This document shows positions 30,601 to 42,537 of a stretch of DNA of 64,000 bases, piece after piece. A program made the position numbers and the translations under genes. The DNA is taken from assembly GCF_000150275.1 (NCBI RefSeq), contig NW_002060958.1, positions 1,196,088 to 1,260,087 of the forward strand. The letters run 5' to 3'. Under the pieces are notes generated by a model. The model did no database searches and was not told the origin of the DNA. It saw only the letters and a list, made by a program, of their open reading frames with translations. Source of the stretch: Trichoplax adhaerens. Lineage: Eukaryota > Animalia > Placozoa. The stretch's first letter is position 1, and every line of letters starts with the position of its first letter.

Positions 30601-31564
30601 CATCTAGTGAATTAAAATTAATGCCATTTTCTATTATTATCAATTGAGTATATTAAAAAATATATTACTCATGTTTCATTTGTTGATTTAGTAGTTTGAG
30701 CTATAAATGATGTGAACTTTTTTATCCGGTCAATTAAAATCGATAGCCGTAAAGCTTTAAATTGTTGTGTTAACGCCTTATGAAGAAGTAGAAATATCAA
30801 ATTCTGCACCTATTATAAATTAGGCTACTGTCCATTAAACTTACCAAATATATGCAGATTTTATAATATACCGTCTTTTATTCCTAGTTAGTTGAATACA
30901 TTCAATACGTCTACTAATGGTATTCGCTAATATGTAGTTATTTCCTTCGTCAAATTGATAGACTTGTTGTAAGCGTTTGTCATTATGAATTATTGACATA
31001 GGGATGTGTTATTTTTAGGATTCTTATTGGAAATAGATAATGAAATTTTTTCTTGGCATTCTCTTTAATTTAGTCATCTGCTTTTGTGATCTTATCTATG
31101 CGAATATAACCGTACATAGTTGATAGGGTAATTTTCAAGTATGATTGAAATATGACCAGTATAAATATATTATTGGATGGTGCAGGTGTTTTCACTTTTT
31201 TTTGTATTAAAAAGTTTTCATTTCAATTTTTTAAGATAATCAATTTGTTGTTATTACCAGAATTGAGAGCATTATTAGATCGATTAATAAATATTAAGTC
31301 AATAAAATTACGTTATGGTATGCACTACTAAGTAGATATGATATAATCACTTCATATTTAGATTTACTTTAATAATACTCTCATTTCATTACATTTTATC
31401 GTTTATATCCGGACATATGCTCACGAAATTATATATGAATCTTTGCGTGAATTATAAATACTGAAAGAATTTAATTCTGTAACTAAAATTGTTGATACGG
31501 TGCACTATAAAGTAATTAATTAACATAAATTTGCTATAATTTTGGTACCGAATAGGACAACACG

Positions 31565-34500
31565 ATGAAGTTTATTGCCGTAGCAACTTTATGCCTGATT
31601 ATATTTGCTATTGATATCAGCTCAGCTAAAGCTGTTATTAAGAATTTAAATCGTTTAAAAGCTGGTGATCAAGATATTTACAGTTTTATCAAGCATATGA
31701 TGGAAAAACATCGTGGAATGCAACCCAATATGGCAGAAAATAAGAGATTGACTTCTAACATTGCGGATAGATCACCATCAGAGAAAATACTCAAGCTACG
31801 TCTTGATGATCGGTATCATGAACTACTACGCAGGAAAGAAGATGCATATGACGAACTAGATCGTTATGTTAGTCAATCTATCAGGAATAGTCGTTTTCGG
31901 TCTTTTAAGGGAATTAATTTAGGTAAGTTACTTAAAGTATTTATATTATTGAATAATCGGCTACTATTTTCATGTTATCTAGCTGTAATGATTTCGTCTT
32001 GATAATTTATAAAATTTAAAATATTAATGCCATAGTAGTTATTTAGACTGACCTTTAGCTCACTTTAAGACTTGAAATATTTAATTACATATTTTTCATA
32101 ATGTATGTACTAGACGTACAAAGTTACCGTATAAGACATTAAACTAAAGTAAATCTTTTCTAAAGGAAACATCGATATCACAGACATGCATTTATCCTTT
32201 GGTATTAGTCATTTCTAGAGTTCCAGTCCCATATAACATTTTGTTCTCGATTGTTATTTTCGTCTATGCACCTGCCTTCAGTTTTCTTGTATTATATATA
32301 GTGACATATGCCATATTGGTCGAGGTTAAAATATTAATTCTCAAATTTGTGTACACGCATAAGAATGTCCGCAACATGCAATATGACGTTTTCATTTGCT
32401 TATCATGCCGAATGATAAATCAGCAAGACCAAATATTGGCATTCTGCCATTTAATCAATTAGTCTACTTTATTCTTTCTCTGTTATTATTGTTGCGACGG
32501 CTTTAAATTGTTAAGATTTTAATGACCTTAAATGCCTTATTAATCCAAAAGGATTATTTCTAAATTATGAGCCCTTAAGCCTGATCTAGTAAAATAAATT
32601 TTCGTGTTGGTATACTCTGCTTTTTATTATTTTTATATTACTATACTACAAAGAGATGGCCAATAGTTAATTCTCTTTGCTATTATTGCTTATCAAACTT
32701 AATCTGTAGATTCAATTATTGTTTATGACAATGAGATCAATAGCAAGAATCAATTTAATACTTGTTCATTTTCTAATGGATCTTCAATTGGTTACTCTAC
32801 CAGCTAATTTGAAATTTTATTTTACTACATTAGAAGACATGTTGAAATCAAGAAACGCATTTAATGAATTGACGCCAGAACGAAAGGAACTTGGTAAGGC
32901 TATATTATTGATACATTTTTATGTTAAGGATTAAAATTTAATCATCTACATATAATATAATGGTGAAATGGTCTTTCTCACATTGAGTTTGCAATCAATG
33001 CTAAGTTCATAGAGTAACGCCAAGTATTTAATATTCGAATACAAAATTTGAATAATTAAAATAAATACTGTATTAAATATTTTGTCAAGTTGCTAAATAT
33101 CGTTTTTCATTAAATATTTACTTTGAAGTCCATGCAGTACAATCGATTCAGTAGGAATTTCTGATTTTCGAAAACAACACCATAAACTTTGTTTACTTCA
33201 TTCACATGAAATGTATTATGGGTTGTAACGACTGATACTTATAGTTAGATAGAGCAATACGTTTTGTGATTGCTTAATAATTTTTACTTACTCGCAGTAT
33301 AATAATAGTTTGATATAGCTTTGGTTGCAGCTAATTCACGTGAGAATACATATGCATTTAAGTCTATTTAGTTTAGTGGTAGATTTTGCAATCCAATTTT
33401 GAAATGCTAATGCATTCGCAAATCTGTCATACAAAGTAAGTCAGTGGCGATAATAGTAAAGTGTTTTAAAAATTAATAGTTAAAATTTTAGATTCTTAAT
33501 CACTAGATCAAATCTATCGAAAGGAAGTAACTTTCCCTACTCTTGTTTTGTGGTGTTACAAAGAGATATAGAATAACTATTACTTTATGTGGGCCTAAAT
33601 GTCATCAGAAGAAGGGATAAATGAAAACCTTTTTAATTATTATTGCTAATAAAGCCTGTCTGATAACATATAATCAATTATAATTATATAATATACCGGT
33701 TTCATTGTTAGTTTTAACCTTCAATTTGAATTGGACCATCACTATAAGAATTATTAATGAATGACTGAGTACTTTGCTATTAACAAGTCGATCATTTCCA
33801 TAATCTTGAATTTGTTTTCTTATCCTTTATACTTTATTACACCTAAGATAGAGATGATTTCTACAGTAGTTACAGTAAGACAGTGACAAGTTGCGCCTAT
33901 TTAATATAGGCAGTAATTTCTTTACCTTTTTTTCTTTTTCGTCTATGGTATATAACAACAATTATACTGCTTTGCTAATGAAAATAAGTTACTCAGGATT
34001 AAATAACTGATCAACCTACTAATAATATTGAAATAGTCGAAATACGAGATGATTTCAACTTAAATTTAGCCATAGTATTCCTTGCATTTTTCGATTTAAA
34101 TTTACCATGTTCTGATCGAAGCTATATGAAATTATTCTGCATTTTCTAAAGAGTAGACAAAAGCAGATGTTCTTTACTAAAACATCATTTAGAACATTTA
34201 ATTTCACCATCTTGCATTTGTCCATATGATATACAAAGATACTTACGATGATTCTAATCATCATAGCTAAGAATAGTCGAATTAACGTTATTTTAGTGAC
34301 TATTAAGTATAATTAGGCTAGCATTCCATTGCAATTGAACTATGGTTACTTTAAGTATTTATGTTAGTTATTTGTTGAAATGCAGTTTATAATTTCTGTT
34401 GCTCAATTCGTTGAAAAGATTCCATTATATTATATACGTAATTACTTAATTACGTCGGTGTTAGAGTTAATGAAGTATTTTCTTAATGACCTATTTCAAT

Positions 34501-35264
34501 AAAGAGATCTGATTATGTCAAATAGTTAAATGATAGTGCTCCAATAGTCTAGCTTGGTTTTCACTTAAGCTATTCGTAAAGTATGATTAAACAAAAGGAT
34601 TTAAGAGAAAACTATAATTGTTGAATACAGTACGTATAACTAGTCAAATGAATTGCTTCGCCTTAATTTTTCTAAACTGCATGATAATATACAATCGATG
34701 TTTTTCAAATTTGTATTATTTTACGTAATCTGCTCCTACTATGACGTGATTAAATTTATTCGATTAATGCAATTATGATGTTATCGACTGCATTAGTTAT
34801 TGTTAATGATGAAATTGATGACGATGTTGATTCTGGTTTTGTTTATCGTCATTGATTTAGCTGCCAAACCTCCAAGTCGAGTTGACGAAAAAGGCGACGA
34901 TAGAGACGATAATGAAACCACAAGCGAAAATGATAACTCTAGTCAAGATGATAAAATTCATGGAGAATCCAGTGAAAATGATAAGAATAACGGGGATGAT
35001 AGCAAACAGTCTGATTTGTTAAAGCAGCAAAAACAACAACAACAACAACAACAACAGCAAGACAATGAAGAATATGAAAAGCAAAAGCAAAAGGTTGAGC
35101 AACAGCAAAAATTGCTACAAGAGCAAGAGGAAATGAGAAAACAAAAACAGAAGTTTCTTGAAGAAACTGGCAAGAAAGAAAATGATAAAGATAAGGAACC
35201 AAGTAAAGACAAAAATAAACAAAAAGGTTGTAAACTAGGTACATTTTGGTTCTATTGCATCTAA
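31565..35264 (+). CDS. Secreted prohormone/neuropeptide-precursor-like protein, ~273 aa; exons 31565-31922, 32834-32893, 34861-35264
   Basis: Signal peptide MKFIAVATLCLIIFAIDISSA. Both introns are phase 1 with GT-AG ends (AG|GTAAGT, cattag|; TG|GTAAGG, gatttag|) and keep the frame open (358+60+404=822 nt). Basic clusters KR, RRK, RK and KK; acidic and polyQ spacer; C-terminal Cys-x8-Cys motif. Confidence 0.72.
35031..35060 (+). repeat. (CAA)n microsatellite encoding polyglutamine
   Basis: aaacaacaacaacaacaacaacaacagcaa within exon 3 of the precursor. Confidence 0.9.
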
Positions 35265-37993
35265 TGGACGTCAGCCTAAAAAGCAATCAAACTTAAAATT
35301 GCTTTAGAGAAGATTACAAAACATAAAATATTCCAAAATATTATATAACTTTTACATGGTTGATTTAAAAATATTTATTTCAATATACCGGTAAATAATA
35401 CCTGAATGAATTAAAATTATACTGTAAGAAACATAAAAACTAGTTAGGGAAGGAATATACTGAGGACTATAACATGATTGAGAGATAGATAAGGTTACAT
35501 AGACTCATCCAAGAATTCTTCTACTCCGACATTATCGATCTACGGAGAATATAAAAAAATTGTCTATATCATGCAAAAATTGTCTGCCTGAGCATCTACG
35601 TTGATATAGTATAAATCAGAATGCTATTGATTGTAATGATATCATAAATACAAATATATAACAAATAGAAATATAATCATGTATACGGCATAGAGAAGAA
35701 ATAAATTGCCGAATTATTCTCTGTATCCCTATTAGTGTTGGTTTTTGCGATTTAATCAATAACCAAATCCTAATTATGCATTAAGGTTGTTAACAATCTA
35801 GCTATTATATCATCTATATTAAAGTCTCATCTATATACATGCTGCTTAATTAATTAATCAGTCAAGCAATGTTAATAACTTGCCCTTCACCTGATTATCA
35901 AAATTAATAAAAAGAATAAAAGCTGATATGACATAAAATTTATAATGTTGTTTGTTTATTCTCTTACAAAGGAATCACGATAACTATTATTACAACAGAT
36001 TTATTTTCTGAATTTGCTATTACTCTATAACCCTCTACTCTGGTACTATCATGGTACTGTATGGACTTGACAGAATAACATTTTCCAACAATGCTAACGT
36101 ATGGCTATAATATTTCAGTTAGTATTTCTCATCTTGAATGGGAATAAGACTTTAGTTCGATCTTGATGACTGAATGCTTTCAATTTAATTTAGGTCATAA
36201 GATGAATTTAGCTACATTATTGCGTAGTATTATTAATAAAGTACATCTGTATATTACAGCAAGAGCTACCGTTTCATATCGACTTCGTTTATGACACAAT
36301 TTGGTTCTCCTACTAACTGCAAGTTAGCAAAGACTATTTACCTCCAGTCTCAAGCTATTTTAACTAATTATATCGCTATCTACGATGGATGTGCGGTATA
36401 CTTGTACCAGTATATCAAACTATGTTGCTGTACAGCATAACTGACTATAATAGAATTTAATCTATATTATTAACTTGAGCAGACTGCGTTAACACAAGCT
36501 CTTCTTTGAGATATGCTAATGAGCATTATCGATAACTTTAATCTCGCTTTTGATGAAAATTATATTCGTCTACTAGCTAGAATATTGTATATCAAAGCAG
36601 TTTTAATTCTAATACCTACATAGGGATTACTCTGTATAAAAAATACTTTTGGTTGGGTGTAAGGTATTTTAACTCCATTTTTTTTTTATGAATCAAACGG
36701 TAGACGCAGCCATTAGCAACCAAAATAAATCATGTTAGATGATAATTGCGATTCAAGAGTTCATATCTGACGAGCCCTAATGTAGAGTCTCTTTACTGTC
36801 ATGTTTTCATATTGTAACTTTAAAATTTGGAGCAGGGCTATCATTTGCGATCAGATAACCTAGCATAACTTTGTGAACAGAATTTAGGGTTAAAGAGAAA
36901 TAAAATTTGGATACATTTGTTCATGCTGATTCCTGTTCAATATTGCTGTGATTTATAGAGTACTATGCAACGTTGAAGCTACGAATGTTACAAGTACTAC
37001 GTTGAAATGTTGAAATTAGAAACGTTTGTATATATGGTCGATTAATTTTCCAAACTAGCGTTTTATAGACCTGTTACGGCATTATGTTACCTAAATTAAT
37101 AGAGTTTATAGAAATGTTGATGCTTACAATGTTATAGTAGGTGTACTCGTCGTTATTGGTTTCAATCAGTTGATTTTGTGTGAGAAGAATGAGTGATAAG
37201 TTCACTGAATAAAGAAGATTTGTAGATTAATTAATCATTATAGGACACCTTGCCTACTGATTGTAAGCCATAAGTAGTAAGACTAGATCACTTCCTGTAT
37301 AGAATATAGAATTAAAACTACGTTTTTAAAATGGAGAAGCTGCTTACGCGTATTAAATACTTCAAGGGTTCGTTTCGAAATCGACTTGTATGGGATAAAT
37401 GTCTATAATTTTAATTTAAGCGTTACTAAACGTCTATTAATTGACATTGATTTATCAATTTTATACGTTCGTTCTTGTGAATGACTGTAAGTCTGTGTTA
37501 CTAACAGTTGTTGTAATTCTATGCTGCCACTTCTCAAAAAATCGCTCTGCTTAGGTATTCCGGTTAGTCAGTGCGCTGAAACGATGTGTATTGACGATCC
37601 TTTATTTACAATCAAATACTTTTCTCTGTGGACGAAATCACTTAAACCTACCAACTAGAACTGAAAACAGCCACTTCTACCGAATGTAATAGTAGATACT
37701 GAGCTATAATGGGTATTGTACCCATTAATTAGCATTACCTAGCTGTCTTTAATGAGGGAATAATCCCTAGCTCCTACTATAGCTTATTGAAAGGATTATT
37801 ATATTGCGTTCAATTAGGCCAAAGTAGAAGACAGTTAACTGTCCTTACTTTAAGTTAAATTAGGAAGGCTTTAAGGGTTCAATTAGCAATATAGGAGATG
37901 GTGCGTTATTAAGACAGCCTGATTAGTAATACCTATCCTTAATACAGAATTACAACAAGCGTACAGCAGATCCTTCAGATTTTTACTTGATGT

Positions 37994-38754
37994 TTCAGAT
38001 TATGTGCTGAAACGTCTCAAACGATGGCATTTCCTTGCTAGAACTCCTCTCAAAGTTGCAGTCAATTCTATCCAGATTTTTTGATGCGTGCCTAAAGTCT
38101 GAATAGAATTGTACAAAATTGCAGCCATTTCTATCCAGACTTTTTTGATGCATGCCTAAAGTCTGAATAGAATTGTACAAAACTGCAGCCATTTCTATGC
38201 AGACTTTTTTGATGCGTACCTAAAATCTGAATAGAATTGTACAAAGTTGCAGCTAATTCTATCCAGATTTTTAGATGCATGCCTAAAGTCTGAATAGAAT
38301 TGTACAAAATTGCAGCCATTTCTATCCAGACTTTTTTGATGCACACCTAAAATCTAAATAGAATTGTACAAAGTTGCAGCTAATTCTATCCAGATTTTTA
38401 GATGCATGCCTAAAGTCTGAATAGAATTGTACAAATTGCAGCCATTTCTATCCAGACTTTTTTGATGCATGCCTAAAGTCTGAATAGAATTGTACAAAAT
38501 TGCAGCCATTTCTATCCAGACTTTTTTGATGCACACCTAAAATCTGAATAGAATTGTACAAAATTGCAGCCATTTCTATCCAGACTTTTTTGATGCACAC
38601 CTAAAATCTAAATAGAATTGTACAAAGTTGCAGCTAATTCTATCCAGATTTTTAGATGCATACCTAAAATCTGAATGGCATTAGCTAAAATTTTGTAGAG
38701 GAGTTGTAGTTTGGCAATGCCATCGTTTGAGACATTTCATCACATCATCTTGAA
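37994..38754. mobile_element. Non-autonomous foldback/MITE-like element with long terminal inverted repeats and an internal minisatellite
   Basis: 37994-38050 (ttcagattatgtgctgaaacgtctcaaacgatggcatttccttgctagaactcctct) is the near reverse complement of 38697-38754 (agaggagttgtagtttggcaatgccatcgtttgagacatttcatcacatcatcttgaa). The symmetry continues ~30 bp inward. No transposase ORF. Confidence 0.8.
38051..38680. repeat. 63-64 bp minisatellite, ~10 units, each containing an imperfect palindrome centred on ATGCAT
   Basis: atagaattgtacaa recurs at ~38103, 38167, 38231, 38294, 38358, 38421, 38484, 38548 and 38612. Two unit variants are interspersed. Confidence 0.97.
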
Positions 38755-38971
38755 CCCGGTGGTTCTACTGCGCCTAAATAGCGATGCAGTCAGTCAATCA
38801 AAAGATACTAGAACTATGAGGTCTGCCTATAAAGCATAGACTGCAATGCGCCATTTTGATAGGAGTTTTGAAGGAAACCCTCTGATGAATTCCCGCTGCA
38901 TTAAGCCGTAGAATCCGTGTGGACTGTCCAGTGGCTAGGAAGCGAGGATCAAAGTATAGAGGTACAGACAC

Positions 38972-39092
38972 TGGTCTAGGCAGGGACTACTCAACCAAGA
39001 ATTCTCCTTCAAAGGCGGTAATTAAAACAATTTCCCTTATATCTTTTGAGAGAGAATTCTTAACTGAGTACAGGAGTCCCTGGCCTAGGCCA
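38972..39092. repeat. Imperfect inverted repeat (~45 bp arms) upstream of PPOX
   Basis: tggtctaggcagggactactcaaccaagaattctccttcaaagg pairs with cttttgagagagaattcttaactgagtacaggagtccctggcctaggcca. Confidence 0.75.
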
Positions 39093-39458
39093 TCTTGGAA
39101 TTCTCTTCTACTAACAGACCAAGGTCCAGATCAGACGATGAAGATCTCCAGGTATAGTGTCCAAACTGGACTCCAGAGGAATAGCGTTTAGTACCGTATA
39201 TTGTATGTGACTCAAGATGTCCTACAGTACAGTACTGCAAAACATCAATCGGTAGAATACATACATACGGTAGAGGCAAAACCTCGATGAAATTTGCTCT
39301 CACGTATGCTTGGTAGGCCTTGGGTAAAAGGTAAATCTACGGTTGCCAGGGACTACTAAAGAGAGAAGAGAGCGACTATACTGTAGTCTTGTTGTTGTTG
39401 TTCACTGCCTAAGGTGGTTGGGGATTATCGACAGCGATTGGAGTTCTACTCGTTGATC

Positions 39459-42400
39459 ATGGCAGCCTCCAAATCAGTGGCAATAGTAGGAGGTGGCATT
39501 TCAGGTTTAGCTGCTGCTTTTCGATTAGCAAGACGAACGAGTCCGACTAGTTACAAAGTAACCATTTTTGAGTCGACCGATCGTGCTGGTGGTTGGATCC
39601 AGAGCACGGTAACTGACGAAGGCAACGTATTAGAAGGAGGCCCTCGAAGTGTACGACCAGCTGGATTATCCGGCAGAGCAGCGTTAAATTTGGTAGGTTA
39701 TGATCGCGAACTATGAAGAAACTGACCTTTGCAAACCTTGTACAAATCGATAGTGAGCGAATACTGTACAGGATAGCCAATGACCTCATTAATGACCAAT
39801 ATATTATTTATTTTGAAAGTCCGTAATTGCATTCGGGAATTGTAGTCCTCATCTACTGTCTCATAATCCAATTTTCCCCATTTCCCCAATCAACTTCCCA
39901 ATAGTTTGGATTATAGGCCTTGTTTGGTGTCACGTTCTTCTCTTTGGGGAACATGGGGAAAGTTGATTAGCAGGGGAGACAATTTTTTGTTTAGCAGTCT
40001 CTGCCTCATTGCTGTCATCAATATTGTACCTTTCTTTTATCCCCCAAAATCGAGTTGAGTACGGTAGTATCTGGCAGTACGCCTACAATATTATGAAGTT
40101 ACAGAATAGTCAACTAATCGAGCTGCTGTGGTTACTGTTACTTAGTAGTCTCCGTCTCATTGCTGTCTTCAATATTGTACCTTTCTTTTATCAAAAAATC
40201 GAGTTGACTACAGTGGAACCTGCCAGTATGCCTGCAATATTATGAAGTTACAGAATAGTCAACTGATCGGGCTACTGCTGTACATATCAATCGCAATGAA
40301 ATGTTCATGTTGTTTTACAGATCAATTCTGAAGTAATGTATTCTGTTATATTTCATTCATTACTGCAATGTTACCGCTATTATGCTGTGGCTATTTTGCT
40401 ATGCATTACCACACTAACACGTTATTAAAATCAGGTGTATGAACTTGGCTTGCAAAATTCAATCATTGCAGTGAATTCAAAGCATCAAGCTGTAAGCAAT
40501 CGCTACATTTATGTCTACAACAAATTGCACAAACTTCCATCTGGCTTGATGTCCATGTTGAAGCCAATTTCTCCATTCAGTAAGTCATTAATGTATATGA
40601 TCCTTCGAGATTGGTGGATGCATTACGGGACTAAACCCTCATTGAAAGATTCGGATGAAAGCGTTTATCAATTTTTTCAGCGTCGATTTAGTACAGAGGT
40701 AAAATTTTGGCATGAATTGTAAATGAAAATCTGTATATTGTATACGATGCTAAAAATTAGTCATTCTTTGCTTTACTATGCTACGTACAAATATGCTGCA
40801 AGAGATACATTAGATACTAGTAATTCATGATGATTTAGTAATAACTTATATAAAGTATGACGTTTTCCTAATAGTCTATCATTAGGTCGATTTCATGGGC
40901 GTTCTGGATGATTTTTCTTACTGAATGACTTCGCCAATTATAGTCGTACATCCGTAGTACTGTATTTATCATGCTGTTGATATTCACCTCATATTGCATT
41001 AGTTATGCAACAGTAGTTATATGATAGAATGCACTTAATTCAATCCACATAGTAAGAAAACTGTAGTAAATCTTTAATTAAGTTTAGTAGAACAATTACA
41101 CTTTTAGCGAGTAGATTCAATGATATCTCTCATACCTATGTCAAAATTGTTCTTACAAATTTCGCAGCCAAGTGGAGAACTTCGAACGTACACGTTAATG
41201 ATATTAACCAAATCAATTCAAAGTATACGAATGGTTAATAAACTAGTTATTCAATGTTAAATGTTATTCTTAATACTGTAAATTGGTTACTGATATTACT
41301 GCAACATTGATAAGGTCTCCATGAGAAGAAGTATTTAGCTCTCGTTTGCGATTTCTTTGTTTAAATATAGATGGCAGATTTTTTAGCAGATCCCTTTTGC
41401 AGAGGAACATCGGCAGGCGACGCGCGTAAATTAAGCATGAAAGCATGCTTTCCTCAAGTCGTCAACTACGAAGAGCAGTATGGATCAATTTTAGCCGGAG
41501 CATTACTCGATAAAGCTATTCCAATAAGTGAGGCTGATTGTCCCCTTGTTTATCAAGCGAAGAAAGAACGATGGCGGATGTGGACGCTGCAAAATGGTAT
41601 GGAAACACTGGTTAACGAGTTATTTAAACAATTAACAAAATGTGGAGTTAATATTCAACTGAATACGAAATGCCAGCAAATGTCGTTTTTATCGGATGGT
41701 AAAGTCATGGTAATGGCATTGATATGATATTCGTAATACGTATAGTTTTAAGCAGTATCTGGCATTCGTATGTTTTAAGTATTCTACACGTCTTGACGCG
41801 TAGATTAACTCAAGTGAAGGATTACAGGATTTTGATCACGTTATATGTGCGTTGCCAGCGAAGAATCTTGGTGCAATTCTATCGTCCCAGCATCCGACCC
41901 TTTCTAGTAAACTTTCGAAGATTGAAAGTATAACTGTTGCTGTGGTTAATCTAATTTATGATGAAGCTATTCCAGCTGTAAACGGCTTTGGCCATTTAGT
42001 ACCTTCGATTGAAAGTCCTGGAATATTAGGAATTATTTACGACTCTTGTGGTTTTCCTCAACTGGATTCAAAAACAAAATCTTCGACGCGATTTAGTGTA
42101 AGTTCAATTGTCTTCAAAATAGGATGTGCATTCCGTTATCTGCTTATTGTCCAGAATGCTACGCAATAAATAAATCTAATTATTGTAGTCGATTTTCTCA
42201 GTTCTGTTGTATCGGTTTCTCAATATAGGTGTTGATGGGGGGTGCATGGTTTAGCCAAATCCATAAAGAAAACGCAACAGATGACTATTACATACAAATG
42301 GCAGTGAATGCTGTTCGGAATCAGTTGGGTGTAAAATTAGAGCCATCGACGGTCAAATTATCGATGCAAAGAGATTGCATTCCGCAGTATACAATTGGCC

Positions 42401-42537
42401 ATTTACCTCTTGTTAGGCAGATCTTTGACTATATTGCTATGCATAGCTTGCCAATGTCATTGGTTGGTGCTTCTTATCAAGGTATTGGACTAGCCGATTG
42501 CATACGTAATGCAAATTTAGCTGCTGATAGGATATAG
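39459..42537 (+). CDS. PPOX: Protoporphyrinogen oxidase, 479 aa; exons 39459-39692, 40435-40698, 41371-41709, 41804-42097, 42229-42537
   Basis: FAD-binding VAIVGGGISGLAAA, GGWIQS, EGGPRSVRP, DESVYQFFQRRF, DPFCRG..AGD..LSM..CFP, GFGHLVP, LGIIYDS, VLMGGAWF, CIPQYTIGH, GASYQGIGLADCI. Four phase-0 GT-AG introns give 1440 nt in frame. Confidence 0.96.
39991..40280 (+). repeat. Diverged direct tandem duplication (~150 bp unit, 2 copies) in PPOX intron 1
   Basis: ctcattgctgtc.tcaatattgtacctttcttttatc...aatattatgaagttacagaatagtcaact occurs twice; copies start ~39991 and ~40142. Confidence 0.9.

Noticed and set aside
34939-35286. Minus-strand Cys-rich and Val-rich ORFs
   Set aside because: Antisense shadows of the (CAA)n, Lys/Glu-rich exon.
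37995-38536. Repetitive minus-strand ORFs (MAAILYNSIQTLGMH...)
   Set aside because: Translations of the 63-64 bp array; the frame shifts between units.
38051-38680. CRISPR-like array of regularly spaced palindromic repeats
   Set aside because: The intervening sequences are near-identical rather than unique spacers, there are no cas genes, and the context is eukaryotic; it is a minisatellite.
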